From contig BAAIJX010000009.1 of assembly GCA_054600435.1 (NCBI GenBank), positions 310,001 through 374,000 of the forward strand: DNA of 64,000 bases, written 5' to 3'. Below, piece after piece: positions 34,074-43,452 of this stretch. Each line of letters starts with the position of its first letter. The first letter of the stretch is position 1. Made by a program: the position numbers and the translations under genes. Below the pieces are notes generated by a model, which was not told where the DNA came from, made no database searches, and was given only the letters and a program-made list of their open reading frames with translations. Source of the stretch: Neophaeotheca triangularis. Taxonomy: Eukaryota.

Positions 34074-36899
34074 ATGGCTTCACGAGGATCCTACGATTAC
34101 TATACCGACTCCAGGCCACGATCCTCACGCCGATCCGAATCGTATCAGAGACCCTCGAGTGCAGAGTATCGATACGATCCGAGATACCAATATCCCTCCT
34201 CTTCTGGTCTGCTAGCTCCAGAAGGTGGCCGACATGGGCGATCCCGCTCTCATTCACGGCGACGCAAACGACATCCGTGGCCGCCAGCACCTTTGGCCGA
34301 GGATGAGGCGGCGTCGTTGGCAAAAGAGGCAGGAACGCAACGGATACTGAAGGATATTGGCAAAGATGCCGCAATTTCCCGAGGCTCAGTCGACCAGGAG
34401 CCCATTATTGAAGAGGTGCCGGGCATGTACCGAGATTACAGTCATGTTGTTGTATCCGACGATGAGAGCGTGAAAAGCAAGAACGGATTGCCAACTCCAC
34501 CCACAAGCGAAGAGGACGAAAAGGCGAGGCGAGGCCGGCGACGACCTTCAAGACTATATACCGACTTCAACGCGATCCCCGATTTCACCAAGAGGACCTC
34601 CTCACCCTATGCTTTCAGCAAACCATCTGTTTTACCCAAGGATCGATCGTCAGGCGAGTTTCACTTGTCCCCAGACACTATGACACCACCACCTTCAACA
34701 AACGGGCGTAGGGACACCCGCTACGCTTCTGGACCTAGTAGACCGACCTCTTCCCGCAAGGACTCTTTCAACATCTCCCCTGGGCACAAGACTGGCAACG
34801 ATTATCTGTCGGCTGGCTACCCAGCGAGCGAGAACGCAATTGACGATTCATCAGACATCGATAAAAGCGATGCCTCGTCAAGCAGCCGGCGGAGACCGAG
34901 CAGGTACTCCAGGCTGAATGAGGACGTTCCTCATGCTAGTCATCAAACGGCGGTGCATGATTTTGCAACTCAGCCTCCAGGGCTCGAACGCCCGTCGATT
35001 CGTAGAGTGAATCTTGACTCGCGCCGGCATACCGAGACCACCACCAGCATGCCAATGCCACGGCTCGGGGTCGACAAATCTCGCAAGCCCACTCCTCTGA
35101 TGGCGTCCAGCGCAGGGCGAGAGCTTGACGATACCCTCTTGTCTTCGGTCTCGAGATCAACTAGAGCAGCAGACTCCTACCCGCCTCCTCGCTCGCGAGA
35201 GTCCAGCTACAGTTCTCGCCCAGGGTCACCAGTTACGAACACACGACTGCAAGACTCGCCTCCGCGCTCGCCAAAGTTGCCTTCGCGGGAAGACTCGTCT
35301 AATAGCTCACCAACCTCTAGAGCGCCCTCGGCTGACCGTTCGCGTCCTTCCACCTCTGGCTCGGGCAGTGCGACGTCGCGCCTCCCGCCTACTGATTTGG
35401 ACTGGACGACCCTCATGGCAGCAAATGCCGCTCGCCGCTCAAAGCCGCCATCCCGGTTATCAGCAGAGGTCCACTTGCCTTCTGGTGGGCTCTATCCCCG
35501 CTCTGGCCCAAACACGCCTAATCTTACTCGTCCAATGCCGTACCCCGAGGACGTTCCATCAAGCGCCTACATGCCTTCGGAAAGGGACTTCCAGTACTTT
35601 CCAGAACCTGCATCTTCGCTCAAAGCGCCACTTGAACCAGAGCTCAAGACAATGCCCCGCACAGCCTCGCCAGCTCCAGCTTCATCGAGCGTTCCTCGTG
35701 GCCCTAAACGTCCATCCCTAGCGACGCGACACACTCTTGCCAATGTTCATAACGTGGACCTCCAGTCGCCAGTGTCGCCTGCACCGGAGATTCGACACGC
35801 CTCGATATCGGGTCCACTGCAAACCCACAAGGAACTCGAAGCAATGTCCAAAAAGGCACTCCCGAATTGTCGTAGACGTACTCCAGTGCGTGGCTACGAT
35901 GACTGGATGATTCTTGTAGGTGCGCCAGGCTTTGTATTCTGCCCGGATTGCATCTCGTCCACCCTGGAACGTACCGTTTTCCGCCCTGCCTTCCGCCGCT
36001 CCCCGCCGCATAATCTCGATACAAAGCTCGCCTGCGCTTTTGGCAACGCTTGGGTCCGCCTAGCCTGGCTGCTAACTCTGCACTTGCAAAAGCCCGATCT
36101 TGGCCTCATCCGCGATCTCGCCAACATTGAAGGGACCAGCGAGCCATGTCCAGGTGACGAGCCTGCAGTACGCACGTGGTTCGGCTTGCGGTACGAGGAC
36201 GGCCGTTTCGTCCACGACTTCCAAATCTGCTACACCGACGTACGGAAAATCGAGCGCTTACTCCCAACTCTCAATGGACTTTTCGTTCCACTGCCCGCGC
36301 GCAATTTCAACGAGAAGAAGGTTTGCGGCATCGAAGTCGATGGTGATAGGTTCTCCACCTACCTAGATGCACTGATCGATATGCACGACGAAAGCCTTGC
36401 GAAGCGCAAACTCGCGGATCCGTGGCCTTTCATCAAGCTCGTGGAACGCAAGACCATGCTGCGGGAATGCGAGAAAGACACATTGTTGCTCGGTGCGCTG
36501 TGGCATTACATTCCATCACTGCCGGCTTTCACCGTATGCGAAAACTGCTTCGACGCCATTGTCGAGCCGGAAATTGCCAAGGGCAAGGATCTCGCTATGC
36601 GATTCAACCGCACGCTAGCGCCGCATTACGGCGAGGGCCCGGGGAGCAGTTGCCAGATCTATTCTAAGTACATGCAGAGAGTCTTTAGGAAGGCTCTGGA
36701 AGAGAACGACGTTAGGTATCTGGCGCGAAGGGCTGGGGATCGGCGTGATGCGGAGATGCGATTGCAGGAAAGGAAGCGAGAGGTCTGGAAGAAGATGAAG
36801 AGGCTTGATTATAGGATTCCAGGGGTCGAAGACGAGAACAGGAGGCTGCGGAGGGAGTTGCAGCGGATTCAGGACGAGTGGAAAGATGAGTGGGAGTAG
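34074..36899 (+). CDS. Conserved hypothetical fungal protein (~941 aa): Ser/Arg/Pro-rich N-terminus and C-terminal Cys-motif repeat domain
   Basis: Long codon-biased ORF. The C-terminal ~340 aa contain repeated W..(x)n..F.hCxx[C/D] units (FVFCPDC, FQICYTD, FTVCENC) and WVRLAWLL, then a terminal coiled coil ending EW..EWE. Confidence 0.85.
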   Translation: MASRGSYDYYTDSRPRSSRRSESYQRPSSAEYRYDPRYQYPSSSGLLAPEGGRHGRSRSHSRRRKRHPWPPAPLAEDEAASLAKEAGTQRILKDIGKDAAISRGSVDQEPIIEEVPGMYRDYSHVVVSDDESVKSKNGLPTPPTSEEDEKARRGRRRPSRLYTDFNAIPDFTKRTSSPYAFSKPSVLPKDRSSGEFHLSPDTMTPPPSTNGRRDTRYASGPSRPTSSRKDSFNISPGHKTGNDYLSAGYPASENAIDDSSDIDKSDASSSSRRRPSRYSRLNEDVPHASHQTAVHDFATQPPGLERPSIRRVNLDSRRHTETTTSMPMPRLGVDKSRKPTPLMASSAGRELDDTLLSSVSRSTRAADSYPPPRSRESSYSSRPGSPVTNTRLQDSPPRSPKLPSREDSSNSSPTSRAPSADRSRPSTSGSGSATSRLPPTDLDWTTLMAANAARRSKPPSRLSAEVHLPSGGLYPRSGPNTPNLTRPMPYPEDVPSSAYMPSERDFQYFPEPASSLKAPLEPELKTMPRTASPAPASSSVPRGPKRPSLATRHTLANVHNVDLQSPVSPAPEIRHASISGPLQTHKELEAMSKKALPNCRRRTPVRGYDDWMILVGAPGFVFCPDCISSTLERTVFRPAFRRSPPHNLDTKLACAFGNAWVRLAWLLTLHLQKPDLGLIRDLANIEGTSEPCPGDEPAVRTWFGLRYEDGRFVHDFQICYTDVRKIERLLPTLNGLFVPLPARNFNEKKVCGIEVDGDRFSTYLDALIDMHDESLAKRKLADPWPFIKLVERKTMLRECEKDTLLLGALWHYIPSLPAFTVCENCFDAIVEPEIAKGKDLAMRFNRTLAPHYGEGPGSSCQIYSKYMQRVFRKALEENDVRYLARRAGDRRDAEMRLQERKREVWKKMKRLDYRIPGVEDENRRLRRELQRIQDEWKDEWE

Positions 36900-37337
36900 G
36901 GTCCGTGGTGAAGGTTTTACGAATAATGTCAACGAAGAAATGCATGATGCGAACGAAAAGCGAGCAAGCAAGGTGGCTTGGAATTTGTTTTCTTTTGGCT
37001 TGGGGGAGACAATACCCCCCCGCCCCGGCGGAGCGCTGGATATGTTTCAACGACAGTAGGATAGGGATACAGCACTTAGACATTCTCGACTATTCGGCAA
37101 TGACATCTTCTCAAAATCGTCCGCGCACTTCCAAAAGCAGTGTTGCCTGAGGCTCGGGAACATCATGTGTACCCGACATCAGGAGCACCCAACGGTGATG
37201 ATGGTAATGTCAAAGTCCATAAGTCCTGCAAACGCCACACTTTCTTTCATTATTGCCGGAAAGCCGGGCTTCAATCTCGCCTGTTGACCACGCGAAAGTT
37301 GAGGCGTTGGCGTGGCGCGACTCCGAGATCGCCCGAG

Positions 37338-37342
37338 CCAAT
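37338..37342 (+). promoter_or_regulatory. CCAAT box (HAP/CBC site) upstream of cytochrome c
   Basis: AGCCAATCA, an extended NF-Y consensus, ~200 bp upstream of the ATG. Fungal cytochrome c genes are established CBC/HAP targets. Confidence 0.5.
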
Positions 37343-37535
37343 CAAGAGCCGGCGAAGTAGATTACCCGTACAACTTTTCTCGACGCCTGCGACTCCCGTT
37401 ATAGTTGTCTTCCTTCTCCCTGCATCATCTCGACTGTTTCTTCACCTCATACACAACACACTTCAACGCCAGCCTTTACCAGTACTCTACACCAACCAGA
37501 CCTTTAATCAAACCTTTCATCACTCTTCATACACA

Positions 37536-38195
37536 ATGGGCAAGGACGCAGGTTTCTCCGAGGGTATGTCTCCGTCCGCATGCGGCTCAGTTTAAAAAAA
37601 AGTTGGCAGGAGCGAGGTTGAGGCAACAGAGCACATGAGAACTCTCACACTCATCGCTCACGGTCGCCGATCACCAGCGCACCACCTCCACTACGTCCGC
37701 CGCTCCGCCCGAGCCCGCAGCACATCTCGCGAAGCCATCATCAAGAAGCTGCCAGACTGACAAACGCCACCAGGTGACAGCAAGAAGGGCGCCAACCTCT
37801 TCAAGACAAGATGTGCGCAGTGCCACAACCTGAAGGAGGGTGAGGGAAACAAGATCGGACCCAACCTCCACGGGCTTTTCGGCCGCCAGACCGGTCAGGT
37901 CGAGGGCTTCTCGTACTCCGACGCCAACAAGCAAAAGGGCATCACCTGGGAGGAGAACACCCTGGTAAGAAAGAACACCACACGCGGCGCAAGCGCTCTC
38001 ACGCTCGTCGCTGTCGCCATACCACCTGGACCATATGACTCAAGGACGGCCCGCTGACTTGATTTGCTTCAACAGTTCGAGTACCTCGAGAACCCCAAGA
38101 AGTACATCCCCGGCACCAAGATGGCTTTCGGTGGCCTGAAGAAGGGCAAGGACAGGAACGACCTCATCACTTTCCTCCGCGACGAGACCAAATAG
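37536..38195 (+). CDS. CYC1: Cytochrome c (112 aa); exons 37536-37563, 37774-37964, 38076-38195
   Basis: Spliced product [29 protein letters not shown]...[12 protein letters not shown]...[21 protein letters not shown] with the CxxCH haem motif. Missed by the ORF track because of its introns. Confidence 0.98.
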
Positions 38196-39052
38196 ATGAC
38201 GACTAGAGAGACACGGAAGGGGGATGACGACCTGTGATCAGAGTCTCGTGTAATACACCTGTAACACTACCTTTGAGCGGCCGATGGTTTGGTCCATAGA
38301 TCATTGCTACAGGATGGGATGGAGGAGTGAGGATTGGGATTCGCGACTAGTGATGTAATATGTCCGAGTCGAGGGGGCGAGGTCGAAGGAGATTGGGTGG
38401 TCGGACGTGGTCTGCTTTTTTATATCATTGGGCTGTGGTAAGGAGTATGTGGCCTAGATGGGCTACCACCTGTATGTGAAACTCTTCTCTTTCACCGTCC
38501 TTCATTTCATCTCCATTCCAGTCTTGGGATAATTACGGGTATTACGGTAAAGGTTGGATGTGTAAAGCAAAGGAATCAAGTAAATTTCCTCCTTTTTCGT
38601 CTCACGACTGTCACTCGAGCCTATCTACGAAGCATCCTCGAACGCTCCAAATTTCACTTGAACCCGTCAGACAAGTCGACTTTCGAGCAATTCCGTTTGA
38701 AGGGCGGAGATTGCCGCTGCAGGTGACCGTCGCTCTTGCCCCCTTCCTCAAACAGTTGCCTTGGCTTGCCGCCACCCACTGTACCTAGGCAGGCTCTGGG
38801 AACGACACTTACCTTCTCACCTACCTCTTACGACAAAATTCACCTTCACCCCGGTCGACTCCTCCCTTCCATCACAATCTCTTGCCATAACGACACCATC
38901 GAATACCATAACTACCTTTTGACCCGCTTCCACGGCGTTAACTTCACATACAAAAACCCCCAGCCCAACCTCCTTCCACGGCAACACCTCTCCGAACTCC
39001 TTGCGGGACATAGCTTCACTACGCCCACTCCAACAACATCCCCTCAGCCACA

Positions 39053-40191
39053 ATGGCCGGGGGATATAACAGAAAATACTACGGAGGCGGCTACGAGGTG
39101 GCCAAGCTCAACGCGTAAGTCCCGATGCAACCCTGCGCCAGCCTTCAATCACCCATCTAACCTCCCCCGTCAGCAACGTCAGATTGCCAGCTGAGATGAA
39201 ATGCGCTCGCTGCAAGAAGTTCAAGGGTCCGTCCAACTACTCCAATCGCCAGCAACAAATTTACAAGGATGCTATGATTCGTGCTGGCGAGCGTTTCAGT
39301 GCCAACACTGTTGCCGTGGGAGTTTGCTTTGGTTGCTCGCCCCAGGAGAAGACGGAGTTGAAGTGCGATCACTGTGAGACGTGGATGGACAGAACGAAGT
39401 TCAGCAAGGTCCAGAGGGTGAAGGATGATCCGTTGTGCATGTGAGTCTTGTCATCTTTACCGGTTGGGGGTGGAGGCGATGCCAGTGCTAACACGTTTTG
39501 TAGCAAGTGCTCTACGCGGAAGGCCGAGAAGGAGCCTGGCGAGGAGTTCGAGAGTGAGGAGGAACAGGAGGAGGAGCACTCGGGTGATTCTCGCGTAAGT
39601 TTGATATTGACACCTTCCCGGGTGTAGACGATACGCTGACTTTGACCGTGCAGGGCGAATCTGACGACGATGGGGACTATGCGACTAGCTACGGCGGAAC
39701 CTTCTCGGGCGGCAGCCGGTCTTTCGCAAATGGCACCTCGACTAGCGGAGGCGGCGTTGCTCTACCTTCTGCGTCCACCGCGGGTACCGCGGCGACAGGC
39801 TCCAGGCCCTCGGACCCCTCTGCAGGATATCTCCCTCCCCATCTTCGCGGCGATGCCAGCGCACAGAGCAACTCGCCCAAGTCCACCGTCGAGAGCCTCA
39901 CGCGGAGCATGGCGCAGAGCACCGTGTCGAGCTCAGCCGCTGCCTCTCGTGCGCCAAGCTCCCTCGTGAGACCTACGACAAACGTCAGGGGACCTTCGTC
40001 AGCATTTGCGAAAGTCAAAGCTGTGAGTTCCGTCTTTCAACCTACCCTAGTTTGAGCTCCATGCTGATTATCCCTAGTACAAGCCCAAGGTAGCCAAGGA
40101 AGACTCGAGCTCCGAAAAGGAATACAACGATAGCGACGAAGACGACTCGGGCAGCCCTCTATCCTTGGACGGATCCGACAACGGGCAGTAG
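39053..40191 (+). CDS. Stc1-domain zinc-finger protein; exons 39053-39114, 39174-39440, 39504-39594, 39654-40022, 40078-40191
   Basis: Eight-Cys tandem finger KCARCKK...YSNRQ...CFGC...ELKCDHC...FSKVQR...LCIKC followed by an acidic tract. This is the architecture of S. pombe Stc1 and Pezizomycotina Stc1-domain proteins. All introns are canonical and join in frame. Confidence 0.85.
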
Positions 40192-40596
40192 ACGGTCATA
40201 GTAGCACCTACTGCGAACAGAGGCTAAAGTGCCGTCGCATCATCGGCCATTGCGCCATAGTCTCCTTGCAGCCAACCATCACCGGCCGTTGAGCTACCTG
40301 CTCCTTGCAGCAAAGGGCCATTGCGCCTCACATGATTGCAAAGCATTCTTTTTGAGAACCGGTTACGGGGGAAGACCTGCAGGCCCGTCGTGGCCGAACA
40401 CGAGATGCGGTAGGAGCAAACGTCAGTGGGAGGTTCGCCCTATGAAGACTGCCCTCGAAAAACCTTGGTCGGCGGTTGGTCCGTCCTCCTACAGACTGTT
40501 GAATCAATGATATAGTTTCCATACGATCCAATGATCATGTTGCTGTCAGATTCTGCTAGAGTTGTCTGCGTCTAACTCGGTTGAACTGGCAGTTCT

Positions 40597-40963
40597 TCAA
40601 GGCTCGCGCTCTTGATGTAAGTCCTGCACCAACTTATCAATACTTGACACATCCTTCCCCAGTGCCTCGATAACAGCATTCCCCGTCCTCTCCCGCATTT
40701 CCTTCGCCTCCTCACCAATGAGCAACGGAGCAGGCCCGGAATATACAAAACTCAGCAGAACTACTCCGAACTCCGACGCTAGTCCCTGGAAACGGGGTAC
40801 TCCCTCCCTCCCTCCACCTATCATGCTGCCAAAACCCCCCCATCCCCTCCCTAGCCCTCACACGCTCTACACCAAGCACATAATTCCTAGCCCCCTGCTC
40901 CGCCATCGGCATGAACAGCACCTGGAAAATCTCAAAAAGCGCTCTGACAATGACACTAGGCAT
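40597..40963 (-). pseudogene. 3' remnant of a retinol-dehydrogenase-like SDR gene
   Basis: AEQGARNYV...GGFWQHD and APLLIGEEAKEMRER..NAVIEAL resemble the C-terminus of fungal extended SDRs. The two pieces are in different frames with no intact intron, and no Rossmann N-terminus lies upstream. Confidence 0.45.
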
Positions 40964-41730
40964 TCGTCCATTCCATGCGGCAAGCTTGAAGGGATCGGAA
41001 GCGCTGAGACTTGCTGAGATGGAAAGGAAGGGACAAACGGGAACGAGAAGTTTTCGAGAAAATGCAAGGCGGTGCGCGCTCTAGTATTTGAAAGCTAAAC
41101 TTCGTTGATTTTACCTGTATTCGCAGCCTTGTTGACTAGCGCGACTTTCGCAAGGGTTCACTAGCATCGGATGGCAACGTGACACCCGTGTTGAAATCGT
41201 GTAAATTACGCAGATTGGGGCGTAGGTCGGTTTTAAACGGTACACTGTCTGATCTCGCAAGTGCTCGAATTGTTTGGTTGTTCGGTAGTCTGTCCAGCTT
41301 CGGTGGTCTAGGTTTGGTTTGGTGTTGTCGCGACATAGGCCATCTTTTGCCACGTTGTAGCCGGAAGAGGCGACTAGAATGTTAGCACCGCTACTACGGA
41401 CTGGACAACAGCGACGGATATTCCCTCGCAAAGGCTGATGCTAAAAGATGCGTGCTATCTCGAACATGTGCTCTAAGTAGATACTTACAGAATAGGAGTA
41501 ACAGAGTAGGTACTAGTAGGTCTGAAGTGAGATTGAGCCGCCCCGCTCGGGTCGGGCCACCTTCTTAGCTTGGCTCCTCACTTGCCCATGTCATCACAGG
41601 GAACTCGCCTATCGGTCGCGGTGCGGGCTCGACTTTGAGAGCTTCATCCATCCACAACTGTACATGGCTTGAATGAAACACCGACAGGGACCCTTCACCA
41701 ACCGTTAACACCTCCCGCGCGCATGAGCAC

Positions 41731-42408
41731 ATGGAGAACCTCAGCCTCCATGGCGCCGGCCCACAAGGAGCTCCGCCAATGCAGCAAGGTCCCCCGCCGG
41801 TCCCCCAGCTGCCACCTCAGATGTTCACGACCGCTGCCCAGCTGCTAGACCTCACTGACAGTGAGTGCGAGAGTCCTAATAAGAGAAATGGTCCTGGAAC
41901 TTTGACACTGACGAGTGCGGCACAGAGAAACTTATGGTGGCTTTGCGCGATGGCAGGAAGCTCATAGGAGTCTTGAGGAGCTGGGACCAATTTGGTGAGT
42001 ACAACAAGCACGGCGCGAAGCTTCGGAGGGTGAGCGCAAAGCTAATGCGCCGCAACAGGGAACCTCGTACTCCAAGACAGCATCGAGAGAATCTTCATTG
42101 AGAACCTGTACGCTGACATCGAGCGTGGCCTTTTCCTGATCAGAGGCGAGAACGTAGTACTGTTGGGCGAAGTTGTGAGCTTGAGATTATCGATCGGTTG
42201 CAGACGTTCCTCTTGCTGACTTGCATGCGTTCAGGATCTCGACAAGGACGACTATATCCCGGAACCCTACCAACTCGGACCCGTCGACAAGGTCTTTGCG
42301 ATGAAGAAGGAAGCAGACAAGGAGCAGGCCAAGGTTGACAAGAGAAAGCAGAAGAAGCTGGCGACTATGGGGTTCGAGGGTGAGCATGCTGGCGAGGCAT
42401 TGCTATGA
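41731..42408 (+). CDS. LSM1: Sm-like protein Lsm1; exons 41731-41860, 41926-41994, 42059-42174, 42235-42408
   Basis: [49 protein letters not shown]...RGLFLIRGENVVLLGEVDLDK, carrying the Sm1/Sm2 motifs. Confidence 0.96.
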
Positions 42409-43452
42409 TTGTTGTGGCGCAGCGAAGGCGGGCTTGCATCCGGAACATCTGACTTCCAGAATAGGCAATGTTACATACGTCCTTGAACATGCGGACGTTG
42501 TTATGAAAGTAGTAGTTTCGGTTTCAAGTAAGGATGTGCGGACCATTGCTAGTTTAAGAGTCGAAGCCGAAGTGACAGTAAGAGCGGCTGCAAATTCAAA
42601 CGCTGCAACTTCGGACAGCGAGCACGGAGTCTGCCAACTCGAACGGAGCAGCATTTTCCATTAGATGTTCTGTCTTATCGAATTTCAAGTCCATTGGCTT
42701 TGGTGATTTACTCACGTATTGCACGTGCTGTTCAATCGGTAGGCACGGGCCACCACTCCAGATTCACTTCTGTTTCCCCTAATCCCGAAGCGGGCAAGCG
42801 CGAATTTGGACATTCACTTACTTCGTAATCGCCTCGACTTTCTCCTTCTTACTTCACAACACCCTCAAGGACGCGCCGACAATAACTCACCCCATCATCA
42901 GTCACCCACTGGTTTTGCGTTTTCGTGGATGCCTAGCTTGCACGTGAGTATTGCAGGAGTGTCACGTGCTCTAGCTTCCTTCACTTGGGATTTCTAGGGT
43001 AAGCAGCTGCGGCCGGCTAAAAGAAAGCGCTGACAACATTCATGCAGTCATTTTGGTAAATGGCCATTAACGCTCTCATTCACGAGGCCACATCCTCTTG
43101 CATGCAGGCTTCGATCTCATTGGCTGTCCCTACGACCTCTACGTAGGAGCGCGACGTGAATGCGGCCACAGGTCCCGTGCACAGGCTTGGCAGACCCACA
43201 TTGCCTCGAATGGGCCTAATTCGAGCTCCAACATTCACGACTTGCAACGGCCTGTCATTCACCCACCGGATCCATTGAGTCACTGACCATCTTTGGTAAC
43301 TATAAGCAAGGCTGGTAAGAGGTGCGTTTTAGAGTTTACATACTCGAGTAACCTCACCGCGGGTTTCTTCACTTGACCGGAAAGGGGCTTTATTTTTTCC
43401 TTGACAGCAATCTCACGTGCTGACATCTATTGGAAGCATTGGGGCCGTCGAG

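Noticed and set aside
37338..37360. Bipartite CBC-HapX site (CSAAT-N12-RWT) at the cytochrome c promoter
   Set aside because: CCAAT is present, but the triplet 12 nt downstream is AAG, not RWT.
37564..37773. Unusually long (210 nt) first intron of cytochrome c as a snoRNA or introner host
   Set aside because: No box motifs, terminal repeats or second copy were seen in the window.
42944..43047. Possible stwintron (nested spliceosomal twin intron)
   Set aside because: Removing either unit does not rebuild a split donor or acceptor for the other, so it does not fit [D1,2] or [A2,3] geometry.
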